From Prorocentrum cordatum (Eukaryota), in the NCBI GenBank assembly GCA_963575745.1, contig CAUYUJ010000167.1, positions 1 through 64,000 of the forward strand: a stretch of DNA of 64,000 nt, in the 5' to 3' direction. Under the pieces are notes generated by a model. The model ran no database searches, was not told the origin of the DNA, and saw only the letters and a list, made by a program, of their open reading frames with translations. The translations under genes and the position numbers were made by a program. Shown here piece by piece: positions 37,059 to 50,340 of this stretch (within the stretch, counting starts at the first letter, position 1; the number at the start of each line of letters is the position of its first letter).

Positions 37059-40000
37059 CTACTTCGCGAGAAGTGTGCCACGATGCGAGACGAGCTCCTC
37101 TTTCGAGCAGCCCGACCGACATGCGTGCTGCAGAAGTTTGGCCAACATCTCGGCGTGCTTGGCGCACATCGAGGAGCCGACCTGGACCAGAAGTCGTGGC
37201 TTGCCTCCCTCGTCCTTGTACGTGACGCACGAGGCACTCGTGCCGTAGCACACGTTGAGCTTGCCGAGCACAGGGTGGTTCCCTGTGCGCGGCAGGTTCT
37301 TGAGGTCGGCGATGGTGTTCTTGACCTTGCCGCCCTCGGCCTTGCTCTGGGTCGTGTTCTTGCCCTTGCTCGCGTCCTTGCTGGCGTCCGTGCCGTGGGC
37401 CCGCTTCTCCTTCACCTCCGCCTTCGGACGACGTTCAAACCGTGGCAGAGTTTGGAGCTCACAGAGCGGATCTAGTCCCACCAGCCCTCTGGGCGTCGGT
37501 GGTTTAGAGCGTTTCCTCTGCCACCCCTCTTTCCCCCCTTCGGGGAGGGGTTTACCCCTCCCCCTACCCCCCCCGTCCAGGCCCAGGATGGGAGGGAGGG
37601 GTAGAATGTCAGATATGGCGCGAGCGCACCTAGCTTGCCCCACCCCCTCCCCTGGACCTGGACGGGGGGGGGGTCGCGAGTCGTCGGAGTTTCCAAAACG
37701 GCCTCGGCGAGGAAGCCAACCTCATTGTTTGTTTACTAAGGTGTTGGCCTCATGTTGGCCTCTTGGGGGGGCTGCAATTAATAACTTCCCCCTCCTGTGA
37801 TCGATCTCACCCACGATGGCCCAAAGATGCCCCCCCCCCATGCCCCCAAGGGTGCCAGAGGGCCCCAAGAGGTGGCCAGGATGCCCCAAGGGGCCCCCAT
37901 GATGCCCGCACGAGGCCCCCAATAGACCCCCAGGAGGCCCCCAACGACCACCCAGAGGCGCCCACGATGCTCCAAGATGCCTCGGCGAGAATGCCAAAGC
38001 ATTGGTTTCACTGAGGTGTTCGCCACATCTTGGCCTCTTGAGGGGGGCACTGATTGAGGTGACTCCAAGAGCGCCTGGGAGAGCTCAAGATGACCCCCAA
38101 GATGGCTCAACCTATCCCAAGATCTCTCAGAATGGCTTCCTCTGCGTGATGTCCACTTCCCTGATCGAGGCAATTCCTCTGGGCATCGTTTCTGGATGGG
38201 CTGGTGGGCATTTGCGAGGCGTCAACAATGTTTCTCGATTGTGTTGGTCGCGGCGTTCGGCATTGCCAGAGGTGGACATATGCACATCTCTCTCTCTAAA
38301 TATATGGGGCATGGGCAAAAGGAGGGACGGGGAGATATTCAGGTTGGCCGTTTGATGTGGGCTCCTCTGTTTCTTGCATTTCCTCTGTCCCTCCGCTTCG
38401 GCATCGCTCCGCCTCCACCTTGTCTGCCACCGTGACCCCTGCCCCCTCCACCTCCACCCCCGCTCATCCACACCCTCGTCCACAGCATCGTCATTAGTCT
38501 TCCTATCCGTCCCCCCCCTCATCACCACGACCCAATCCTGCCTTCAGCTTCCTCTTCTTGGCTGGCACGGCCTCGGCCTTCATGGCCGACGCCAAGATGA
38601 ACGCGTCATCCTCGGACTCGGCTGTAGCACCTAGGTCGACCTTGTGCTCGTCGGGCCAGCCCTTCAGCCACTTGGAGAGCTCCTGGCCGCGGGGGAAGTG
38701 GGAACCGAGGCAAGGGCGGCTACGTGGATGTTCGGAAGCAGAAGCGCGGGCCAGGTGGGCAGCACAGCGGGACGGTAGAGAAGGTAGAGGGAGGCGAGGC
38801 AGGGATATACACCCCCAGGGATGGTTCAGACCTTTGGGGTCAGGTACGAAGACTTGCCGCGGGGCTAACCAGGTGGGCGAGAAGGCGCATGAGACACAGA
38901 TGTGGTCATGATTGTCAGGAGGGCGTGGATGAGGCAAACTACGGTCATGTAGCACATGCGTACGTATTCCCTTGCCCGTGCGTTGTTGTCCCAAGAACCA
39001 TGTGAGTCCAACGCTGATGGTAAATGTTGATGGTGGTGATGCTGGTACGGAGGGTGATGCTGATGGCGATGGCGAGTCTGGTGGTGGTTGCGATGCTGAG
39101 GGCGGGGGTATCGATGGCGATGTGCGGCGATGATGGTGGCCTAACAATTGCGACGATGTCAATGGTGTTGGTGCCGACGGCATGTTTTATGGTGAGGGTG
39201 ATGGTGATGGTGGTCGCCATGAGGTTGAGGAGGTTAATCGTGGTAATGCTAATTTTGAGTACGATGATGGCGCCGACGGGGGTGATGAGGTTAACCGTGG
39301 GGTGATGACAGCTATGAGTCATGACAACGACGACTACGATGGTGTTGGTGCGGCTGCTGGTGATGGTGGTGGTGTTGCTGATTATGATGATGACGATGAT
39401 GGTGACGACGGTGCTGATGACGGTGGGCGTGATGGTGATGCTGGTGATGGTAACGGCCATGCGTTTTGGCGATGGTCACGATGCTGGTAACGATGGTGAT
39501 TACGATTGCAGATTGGTTTGGCTACCCCACACAGCCATCGATGGTGAGTTATGTAACGTAAATCTCGAACGCGAGCAAGCATCTGACACGCAGACCGAAA
39601 TGCAAGTAAACCTTACGCAAATCGTGCAAGATCAGCATCATGCACCCGTGTCGTTCGTGCGGTCCTTGTAGTAGTCCCAGTATGTGTGTCGGTGCTCAGT
39701 CCCCAGCACCGCCGTCCTTCATCCAGGCCGCGAGCTGCAGCAGCAGGTCGTCGCTCAGGGGCGGCTCGTCCTGTGGTGGGCTGTCCTCCATGTTGTCGTA
39801 GCTCGCCAGGCGAAGCGTCGGCGCGCCCGAGTCGACGGAATCTGACGACCACGATGGGCGGAGCGAGGTGTCGCGCACGACGTCCACGGGGGGCATCACC
39901 ACCTCCTCTTTCGACTCGGGTGGCGGAGACGCAACCTGCAGCTGTTTCGCGCGTCGGTGGCTGCCTCCATCTGGGTGGGGCCGAGGTGTCATGGAGAGCA

Positions 40001-42142
40001 TCGGACGAGTCAAGGGGTGCGGGGTGCACTTTCCGACCGCCCCATCACGTCAATCCCAGCCTAACCTATCGCCCCGTTACTCCGAAGCTCTCCATGACGC
40101 CCCAACCCCGCCCAGATGAAGGCAGCCACCGACACGCAAAACCACAACCTTCAGCGGGTGCACCATCGAGGCGTCGTAGTCGGACGGCGGCGTCGGCGTG
40201 TAGATCGGACTGCATTGCTCGGCGGCCGTCTTCATCCCGATCCTTGCCTTCTTGGAAGGAGGCGTTTCGTTCGGCATTGATGGCATTGAAGCCGCACGCT
40301 TTGGCCTCGCCATGATGCGCAAGTGGGGGGCGCTGGTCGGCGACAGGGCGACGGCCTCATGGGCGCTCAGCTGCCCGTCGGAGCTGCCCCCCGCCACGGA
40401 GACGATCTGCTGCCCGTCGGAGATGCCCTGGACGGCGTCCGTATCGGAAGCGCTGTCCGACGCGACGACCTCGACGAGAGCCTCCACCGCGGGCTCGGAC
40501 TTGCCACCTGAATCCTCCTCATCTGCTGCCAGATGCTGCCAGTCGCGGTCATCTGGCAGCACCTCGCGGTCATCTGGCAGCACCTCGGCCATCAGGACCG
40601 CTTCATCCTCTGCAATCTGGCGATCAACCTCCTTCATGCGTTCACCATGCGCCACAGCGGCAGCAATCGCCTCTGCGCGGGTGTCGGGTCTGTCATTGGG
40701 CGCCGCGAAGCTCCGCCCGCGCTCAAGGCGGCGATGCCCCTCCGATGGCGACGTCCTCATTGCCTGCTGGAACTCCGATACCTCGGGCCCGCCCTCGCGC
40801 GCATCGGTGTTGCGAGGCTCACTGGGGTCTGCCCCCCAGCGCGAGGCCGCGCTGATCGGCGGGGCGAGCGCGGGCACGGACTTGTGTCTGCGGCGGCGCT
40901 CCTGCCCAGATGGCCCAGCCATGGCCGCCGGCGGCGAAGACGGGGAGCGAGACGCGCAAGGACGAGCCACCATCCCGTGAAGGCACTACGCTCCACGAGC
41001 TCGCTAAAATTGTTTGCACCAAATGGCAACTGATCGACGATGATTACGGCGCGTTCTAGTTACTCCAGGTTTCGTAATAAAAGGGAGGGGTTCTGGACCC
41101 TCCAAGCCAAGCCAGTTCAGACCTCCCCCGTGGGAGAACCCTCCCAAACATCGTCCCCAGACCCCCCAGGCCCTCTAAGATAGCCTGGAAGAGACCCCCC
41201 CCGAAATGAGACCCCCCTCCCTTTATTGCGAAATCTGGAGTATGGTGATTGATGTAGTGATGCTTGCGGCGATGATGGTGGTTGCGGTGAGGTGCGTGGT
41301 GGTTTCGGTGATGTGATTTGACGTTATGGCGATGTGTTATGGTATTGATGTTGGTGACTAGGCTGGTTAGTTTGATCAGTGTGGCTGTGCTGACTGCGCC
41401 AGCGATGGGGGTCATGGTCACGGTTGGTGGACCATGTGCTGATTTCTTCTGGTCAATACAATTGCGCGTCGAGCGAGAGCCCATTTTGAAACGCTACGAG
41501 CTTCCCTTTCCATCCGTGCAGCTGCTGGAAGGGCGGCGATGATGACGTGCACTCGGTAGAGGCTGCTGGGGAAGTAAGGCGGACGGGGAGGACGAGAGGG
41601 GACGATGAGCGAAGGGGCGAGTTGTGGGAGGGGGTACGGGGAGGTGCACAGGGAGGGGGGTGGTGGGACAGGCGAGATAAGGGAGGAAGGGAACTGTGTG
41701 GGAAGACACTAAGCAGGGGCGAGGCATGAGGCTGGGTGAACAGCAGGGGGCCCCGCGCCCAAGCGGCAACGAGTCCTTCAACTCAGCAGGGCTGAGGTCG
41801 TGGTCGTCGGTGTTGCCCGTGTCGGCGTCGCCGTCGGTGATGGTGCCCGCGACGTCGTCGTGGTCGTCGAGCGTGCCTGGCGGCGGGTGCCCCCCGCTCG
41901 TTCGCAGGTTTATCCCCCCTCTTCGCCCCATCCCCTGTCCTCCCGCGTCGTTCTCATCATTGTCAGCACCAGGCTTGCCATCGCCCTCATCACCAACACT
42001 ACGACCACCATCGCCCTCGGCATCGCCACACGTGTGTCATCACCGCCGTCATCATCACCAGCGCCGCCATCACCAGTACAGTTACCATGATAGGCATCAT
42101 AGTTACAATCACCATCAGCCGCACCACCATCGTCGTCATCAC

Positions 42143-42174
<32 letters not shown>

Positions 42175-45100
42175 CCATCATCAGTATCATCAGCATCGGC
42201 ATCATCATCATCATCAGCAGCACCATCATCAGCATCATCACTATCATCACCATCACCATCGTCAGCAGCGTCAACATCACCAACAACAATATCATTACCA
42301 CCATCACCATCATCAACACTAGTATCCCCATCACCATCCGCAGCACCATCATCATCAGGATCAATATCATCACCATCATCATTACCAGACTCATCATCGT
42401 CATCGCCACACTCCGTCGTCCTAGTCACCGACCTTGTCGTCGCGATCACCATCATCGTCGCCATCCTCGCCACCAATCACATCTAACCAGGTTTTACCGT
42501 TGTTCCCACTCACCCCATCGCCCTCCATGTTTCTCCATCCGCATCTCCCCTTCCGTCTTCCTTAGCGCGCGTCGCCCTCCATCCTTCATTCATCTTTCCG
42601 CGTTCGCTCGCCCTTGTTCCGTATCCCGTTACAATGCCCCGTCCCGTTCTCCATCCTCCAGGCCATTCTTTTCGTTGCGTGCCATTCCCCTCAGCTTTCT
42701 CCTTCCCCTCCTGATCGAGCCCCCCTCCATCCGCCTCCTTCTATTCGGCCCATTTCTGCCCCTCCACCGCCTCGCCCTGCTGCTCCTACTCCTGCTCCTG
42801 CTCCTTCTCCTCCTCTTCCTCCTCCTCCTCCTCCAGTATCGCCTGGCTCTGAAGCAGCGCCGCCATCATCCACGGGGACCATCGTGACCACCTGGGCGAC
42901 GTCGTCGGGGTAGTATGCGCCGCCAGAGGCGCGCCCGCGCGCCTCTGGCGGATAGCGCCTCCTATGAAGCGCAGGGGGGTGGGGGGGGAGCGACAAACAT
43001 CATCACCGTCGTTCCTCCGCCCTCCCGCTTCCTCATCATCCTCTTCCTCCTCCTCCTCCTCCTGCTACTCCTCCTCCTCCTCCTCCGCATTCTCCTCCTC
43101 CGCCTCCTCCCTCCCTCCTTCCTCACCCGTCATCTCCTCCCGCTGTGCCTCTCCTCATTCGTCTCATCCCTCTTCACTCTCCATATACGTCCTCCCCTCT
43201 CCCCCTCATTCCGCCCTCCTCCTCCGCCTCCTCCTCTCCTTCTCCTCCGCATGTTCTTCTTCACTGCTCGTGCTATGCATCTTTCTCCCCCGTTAAACAT
43301 ATTCATGCTTCAGAGACCGATTGTCCTGGGCGGCGTGTCCTCGCGGGTCACCCCCATCAGGTGCAACAAATACCACATGGTGTCTTTCTGGGGCTCGGTG
43401 CATTGCTGGAGGGCCTATGGGCAGCCAGGTGAAGGACGCGGACATGCCGCGGTCGAACGCAATGGGGAATTGGCACGATGCATACACCGTACTATGCATG
43501 TTCTGACGTCCCCCGATCTGACGGAACAGATGACGTTCATGCTTCAGAGACCGATTGTCCTGGGCGGCGTGTCCTCGCGGGTCACCCCCATCAGGTGCAA
43601 AAAATACCACATGGTGTCTTTCTGGGGCTCGGTGCATTGCTGGAGGGCCTATGGGCAGCCAGGTGAAGGACGCGGACATGCCGCGGTCGAACGCAATGGG
43701 GAATGTTGGCACGATGCATACACCAGTGGTAATGTCAGGTCTGACGTCAGATCTGACGTCATGCCTGAGGTCGGGTCGACGTCAGATCTGACGTCAGACC
43801 GACGTCAGATCTGACGTCGGACCCTCGGACGTCAGAGTTGACGTCGGTCCGATGTCAGACCCGACGTCAGTCCAATGTCAGCGCACCATCGTGCCCGCCC
43901 CCGATGCGCTCGACCACGGCACTTCCTTCCCCGTCTCTTGACGAGTCGACGCCTGTCGCCGACGAACAGCATTGTCACGTACTCTGCGGAAGTGCTTCAT
44001 CATACATACTAATTTATCTGCTAGACTTCCTCCGCGGGCAGCAGGAGAACCAGCTGGTTCTTGGGAGGCTGGGGGTGCGAGGGGGGGGGGCTGACGGGCG
44101 GGATGGGGAACGAGCGGGGCGGGGGGGGGACACGCTGACAGGAGGAGGTGGAAGCCAACGAGGTGGTTTGGCTGAACACTGAGGGGGATGGTACCAGTGG
44201 GAGGGGGACGGGCCAGCACCCTCCTGCCCCAGTCTCTGGCATGCCCCGTTTTACCCTCCACCCACACCCCTCAGCCCCCCCCTCCCCTCCCCCTCCCCCG
44301 CCTCAACCTCCTCCACCCATATCCGCCTCCCCCTTCTTATCATCATCGTTCTCCTCCTCCTTCTCCTGGCCTTCCCCCCCTCTTCACCCCACATCCGCCT
44401 TCTCACCCTCCTCCTCCAAGCCAACCCATCATCGCGCCCCCTCCTTGGGATACGCAGTCAAGACGTCGACGCACGCGTCGCGCACCTCCGTCCAGTTGGC
44501 CTCGGCGTTGGGGATGTGGCGCAGCAGCACCTCCACCTGGAGTGCGGGGTCACGTGCCCCCATCCCATCTCCCACCATTCGTCGACCCCGTGCCCTCCGA
44601 CATGCGATGTTGATGGTGATGGGTACCACCGCCATCACCATCACCAGCAACATCATCATCAGCCGCATCAGCATCACCATCAGCATCGTCATCATCATCA
44701 TCAGCATCATCGCCATCGTCATCAACACCATCATCATCATCATCATCATCGTCATCGTTACCATCCTCATCAGTATCATCATCAACAACATCGTCAACAG
44801 CATCAGCATCATAATCCAGCACAACATCATCAACACCAGACTCAACATCACCATCATAACCACCATCAACAACACTTAAATCACGATCATCATCATCACC
44901 ACCATAATCACCGTCAGCGTGACCATCAGCATCATCAGCATCATCAGTCGCATCATCATCATCAGCATCATCATCAACAACAGCAGCATCATCATCAGTA
45001 TCAGTACCAGCAGCAACATCTGCCGCATCAGCATAATACTAGTCATCACCACCACACCACCATCATCACCATCATCGTCATCATTCCCCTTCCCCCGTCA

Positions 45101-45740
45101 GCTTCTTCATTATCCGTACGGTTCCTCCTTCCCATCATCGCCCCCTTTCCCCATCCTCATCATCGCCTCCCATCGTCCTCCCTGCGTCCCCCCCAGCTCA
45201 CACCCCTCGCCGCTATACCCCCTGGCAGCCTCGTCATCCGCCTTCGTGCCCTCCCCATCCGTCTCCCCGTCGGCCTCGTCATCTCCCTCCCCTCCGTCCC
45301 CTCCTTCGCATCCTCCTCATCCTTCTCCTCCGCCTCCCCTTCCTCCTCCTCTTCCTCCTCCTACTCCTTCGTCCCATCCTTCCCACCATCACCACCATCA
45401 CCAATCATGAGATCGCAGGTGGTGTTCGAAAGCGAACCGAAATTCCCCGTCGGACCACCATGTCAGGGTCCTTCGTCATGCTGGGCGCGTGGGCGGCCTT
45501 GTCTTTCGTCAAGTGATGGTACCAACCTACGTTGAGCGAGTTCTTCGCCCCGACCCGCTCGACATATGCGAGCAGCTCCTGTGTCAACTGGCCGCGGTCG
45601 CCCAGCGGGGGGACAGGGCGGCGCACGACGCCCAAGTCCCTCGGCGAGGGCTTGGGCGAGGGGGACGGCACGGGAGATGGCGCGGGCCCGCCGCATGGCG
45701 TGCGGCGAGGGCACGGGTCGCGGCCGCGATGGCGCGACAT
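37059..45740 (-). CDS. Multi-exon accessory gene X of element 2 (about 10 exons), possibly decayed
   Basis: Exon-like frames at ~45740-45420, 44560-44450, 44065-43953, 43630-43545 (duplicated), 42900-42840, 41880-41760, ~40720-40149, 39935-39710, 38690-38540 and 37440-37059. In-frame junctions RRQ|ALQQ and HPLK|VASP were checked. Confidence 0.6.
39936..40148 (-). mobile_element. Introner-like hairpin intron (213 bp, GT-AG)
   Basis: Inverted arms at ~39950-40005 and ~40081-40136; AG|GTTG at both splice junctions. Confidence 0.7.
43302..43724. repeat. 234-bp tandem duplication containing an exon of gene X
   Basis: Near-identical units start at 43302 and 43536. Confidence 0.9.
43735..43872. 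repeat. CTGACGTCAG motif array
   Basis: About 9 TGACGTCA/CGACGTCA motifs. Confidence 0.85.
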
Positions 45741-47779
45741 GCGGCCTGAAACGGCCTAAGCCAAAATTGGCTGGGCGAGGGGGGGCAGCGTGGAGGGGAG
45801 CAGCGTGGAGGGGGGTGCTTGGTACATCGCCCCCCCCCCCCCCTCCGATCCACCGCCGCCTCCTCATCCTCCTAGTAATCGCCCCCCCCCCTCCTCCTCA
45901 TCGTTATCGTCCACCTCTTCCTCCTCATCTTCTTCCCCCCGTCTTCGTCAACCTGGCCAGCAGCAGCTTCATCATCATAGCCATGGACATCATAATCAGC
46001 AACCTGATCACCATCACCATCATCATCGCCATCATTGTCAACATCACCATCACCGTCATGATCAGCATCATGATCAGCGTCATCATCACCATACTCATCA
46101 TCATCAGCAACATCATCATCACCATCCCCCGCAGTGACGGCATCATCATCAGCTTGTTTCTCGTCAGCATTACCCTCCACTTCACCATGATCATCATCAT
46201 ACTCACCATCCTCATACCCCCCGTCAGCAACATCATCAGCATCAACAGCATTGCCTGGGCGAATAGGCAGTAGGGCGGATATGCAACGCGGCGGGTCTCA
46301 TCATCATCATCATCATCCTCATCATCATCACCTTCGCCACCACCACACTTATCATCATCATCATCAACATTAGGTTCATCATCATCACGACCACCACCAC
46401 CATACTCATGATCATCATCATCATCATCATCAGAATTGTCACCTTGAAGATCATCAACTTTGTCATCCGCGTCCTCATCCGTATCACCATGACCATCATG
46501 AACTGTATCGTCAACATCACCATCAACATCGCCATCATCAGCATCACCATGATCGTCATATGCATCGCCCCCTCCGTCGTCGCCATCATCACCATCATCA
46601 CCACCATCAGCAGCATCAGCAGCATCAGCCTTTTCAGCACCATCATCATCATTATCAGCATCAGCATCACCATCATCACCATCATTACCATCATCATTGT
46701 CGCCGTCATCACCAGCATCGTCATTGTCATCACCATCATCGTCATCGGCATCAGGATCATCATCATAATCAGCGTCTTCTTTTGCATCGTCATCATCATC
46801 GTAATCATAATCCTCATCGGCATCGTCATCATCATCATCGTCACCACCCTCATCGCATCACCATAACATTCATCCTCGTCCTTATCCTCATCATCATCTT
46901 TCTTAGTATCATCCTTATCAGTATATTCATTGCTCGCAGCATGATCACCATCAGCAGCAGCGTCGTCGCCATCAACATCAGCAGAAGCATCCTCGTGGTC
47001 ATCATCAGCACCATCACAGCATCATAAATCATCATCGTCGTCCTCGCCGTCATCATCTTCATCATCACCATCATGGTCATCAGCATCATCGTCACCATCT
47101 TCTTCATCATCATCGTAATCGTAAGCCTCATTATCGTCATCGGCATCGTCATCATCATCACCCTCTTCATCGCATGACGAAAATGTTAATCCTCCCTCTC
47201 ATCCTCGTCATCATCATCTTGTTCATAATCACCCGTATCATCATAATCATTGCTCGCGCGATGATCACCATCATCAGCATCGTCGACGTCATCAGCATCA
47301 AATAATTATCCTCGTGGTCATCTTCAGCATAGTCACATCATTACAAGTCAGCATTAGCATCATACTTGGTATTACCACTATCATCATCATAAGCATCATC
47401 ATCATCATCACCATCACCACCACCACCATTCTCATCATCACCATCATCATCGCCATCACCTCCATCATCTCCATCAGTAGCATTAACATCATTTACATCA
47501 TCAGCATCCTCATTATCATCACCATTATCATCATCATCATCATCAGCAGCATCAGCATCAGCGTCATCATCATCATCATCATCATGCAGCAGCACCATCA
47601 TCATCAGCATCAGCGTCATCATCATGATCAGCATCGTCATCACCACCATCATCATCATCATCATCATCGTCATCATCATCATCATCATCATCATCACCAT
47701 CGTCATATCATCTTCGTTATCATCATCCCACATGTGTGATCTGACAAAATCCTGACGTCAGGCCTGAAACCTGCACTAG

Positions 47780-47937
47780 CGCTACCGACCGTTACCGAAA
47801 ATTGTTCTGTCGCGACCGAAAAACGTTACCGACCATTACTGGTCGCGACCAGTAACGGTTACCGAAAAATTCGGTCGCGGCGGAAAGACCGGTAACGCTT
47901 TTCGCTACCGAAAAAAATCGGTCGCGCATGATCTGGG
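47780..47937. repeat. Right subterminal repeats and TIR of element 2
   Basis: GTTACCGA repeats followed by TTTCGCTACCGAAAAAAATCGGTCGCGCATGATCTGGG. Confidence 0.92.
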
Positions 47938-48104
47938 TATCCCTTGGCATCTAGCCGGTACCGCGCCTCCCGGCTTCTCAACGTTTTCGCGGAGTCTCCG
48001 AAGGCCCCAAGGAATCCGGGAATTGTGGATTTGGGTTAGACTTTCATCCATTCAGGACTCAGGACAGTATGCCCGGGCCCAGGCATACTGTCCAGGCCAT
48101 CCAA

Positions 48105-48600
48105 TGCTCCACAGTCGCTGTGCGTCTGCAGTGGGGACCGTGTTTAGTCTGAGCGTGGCCTGGGCGTGTGCATTGGTCAAAGCACCACAGAAGAGGTGGC
48201 GCTGCCACTCCGGCTGACCAGCCGCGCACGCCGCCGCCCATCTCCCTTTCTGCTGTCATCACGGATGCCATGGGCAGTCCTGATGTCCATGCCCCACAAT
48301 CGCAGTGCATCTGCAGTGGGGACCGTGTTTAATCCGAGCGTGGCCCAGGCGTGTGAATTGGTCAAAGCACCACCGAACAAGGGGCGCTGCCATTCTGGCT
48401 GACCGGCCGCGCCCGCCGTTTTGTTCCCTTCTGCTGTCATCGTGGATGCCATGCGCAGTTCTCATATTGATGTCCCACAGTCGCAGTGCATCTGCAGTGG
48501 GGACCGTGTTTAGTCCGAGCGTGGCCTGGGCGTATGCATTGGTCAAAGCACCACAGAAGAGGTGGCGCTGCCATTCTGGCTGACCAGCCGCGCCCGCCGC
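48105..48600. repeat. Tandem repeat, ~182-bp unit, 3 copies
   Basis: TCTGCAGTGGGGACCGTGTTTA...TGGTCAAAGCACCAC occurs three times. Confidence 0.88.
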
Positions 48601-48761
48601 CGCGCATCTCTTTTTCTCCATGCCGATGCCGTGAAGACCGTTTCTCATCATGCCCTGGCGATAACGGGCGTGACCGAGGGGGGGGACGGGGTGGGGTGGG
48701 GTGGGGTGAGCCTTGGGACAAACCCGAAAACACGGGCGAGCAAATAGCCCCCCAGGGATGG

Positions 48762-49180
48762 CGATCGCAGCCCCCCAGGGATGGCGAGGTCAAATTTGGG
48801 TCCGCCCGTGGCGTCACTGTGCTGGGCCCCCCAGCAGGCCTCGAAAGTGGCGACAGTTTCACAGATCACAGCCCCCCAGGGATGGCGAGGTCTAATTTGG
48901 GTCCGCGCGTGGCGTCACTGTGCTGGGCCCCCCAGCAGGCCTCGAAAGTGGCGACAGTTTCACGGATCGCAGCCCCCCAGGGATGGCGAGGTTTAATTTG
49001 GGTCCGCGCGTGGCGTCACTGTGCTGGCCCCCCAGCAGGCTTCGAAAGTGGCGACAGCTTCACAGATCGCAGCCCCCCAGGGGTGGCGAGGTCTAATTTG
49101 GGTCCGCGCGTGGCGTCACTGTGCTGGTCCCCCAGCAGGCCTCGAAAGTGGCGACAGTTTCACAGATCGCAGCCCCCCGC
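48762..49180. repeat. Tandem repeat, ~100-bp unit, 4 copies
   Basis: CAGCCCCCCAGGGATGGCGAGG...TCGAAAGTGGCGACAGTTTCAC occurs four times. Confidence 0.9.
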
Positions 49181-49899
49181 AGGCAAGACAGGAGGAGGCA
49201 AGAGGGAGGCGGGACGGGAAGGAGTGGAGACCACACTGCTCTATTCAAAACGAATACCCAACCAAGGAGGATTGGGAAAAAATGTCCGAAGGGTTTCCAC
49301 AATGGCTCGGGGAACACGCTGTCCGAGAGCTTGACCGAGCTCTGGCAGGGGGTGGCGATGATTCGCCGTAGGCGTCTTCCATCCGCCGCACCCCTTGTGA
49401 GCGTATTAGTGTTTCTCACAGTGGCGTTTGACAGATGCGCGAACGCCTCACCTTATCTATCCTATCCGTCTAAGCCCTAATTCCTCCACTGTGCCAGGGG
49501 TCTCCGCGCGGCTGGCCTGCGTTTCCAACGGCTGCACGTTGATTGACCGCGCGTTGTCAGCAGAGTTAGAAGACGGCTGATCTTGATTTGATCGGGAACT
49601 TTGACTTAGCGTGTCGTTAGCTGGTCTCGCCCGCCCTCCTTCGCTGTGCCGGAGTTCCGTGCGGCCGGCTGGCATTTTTCAGCGGCTGCGCGTTGACGGA
49701 CCGGGTGGTGCCAGCAGAGTTAGAAGAAGGCTGATTTTAAAGAAATGTTTGATGGACCGTGTGGCATGCAAACAACCCGCCCCCCCCCCCCAAAAAAAAA
49801 TTGACGCCTCTCCAGAGCGCTTCAAGAGGCCGAAATCGTCAATTTTACGAAGGTGTTCGAACGATTTTGGCATTCCAGCTTTTTCGGTTTTTTCGGCTG

Positions 49900-50130
49900 T
49901 CTGGGCCGGGTCTGGGCCGGGTCCGGGCCGGGTCCGGGCCGGGTTTGGGCCGGGTCCAGGCCGGGTCCGGGTCCGGGCCGGGTCCGGGCCGGGTCCGGGC
50001 CGGGTCCGGGTCTGGGTCCGGGCCGGGTCCGGGCCGGGTCCGGGCCGGGTCCGGGCCGGGTCCGGGCCGGGTCCGGGCTGGGGCCGGGTCTGGGTTTGGG
50101 CCGGGTCGGGGCCGGGTCCGGGCCGGGTCG
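49900..50130. repeat. (CCGGGCCGGGT)n 11-bp GC satellite
   Basis: Visible tandem array. Confidence 0.92.
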
Positions 50131-50204
50131 CTGGGTGGGCGCCGGGTCGGGGAAGCCTTGTCAACACCTTTCTGAGTCGATCCGTATAGTAAGGATGGGC
50201 ATCT

Positions 50205-50340
50205 TCCCCAAGGGTACCCTTGCATCCTCACCTCCTTGGCCCATCCTTGGCCACTTTCGTTGGTCGCGCCCCGCTCGTAAAGCTTCGAAACGGCCTTCCA
50301 AGGCCCTTGCATCCTTATCGTGCATCCTTCTGATACGGGC
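50205..50340. repeat. ~135-bp interspersed repeat; further copies at ~57650-57785 and ~60650-60750
   Basis: GGCCCATCCTTGGC..CTTTCG.TGGTCGCGCCCCGCTCG...GGCCTTCCAAGGCCCTTGCATCCTTATCG. Confidence 0.8.

Larger units (their letters stand above)
20294..47937 (-). mobile_element. Giant (27.6 kb) CACTA/EnSpm-like DNA transposon with both termini (element 2)
   Basis: Perfect 38-bp TIRs (20294-20331 and 47900-47937), GTTACCGA/TCGGTAAC subterminal repeats at both ends, internal transposase. Confidence 0.9.
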
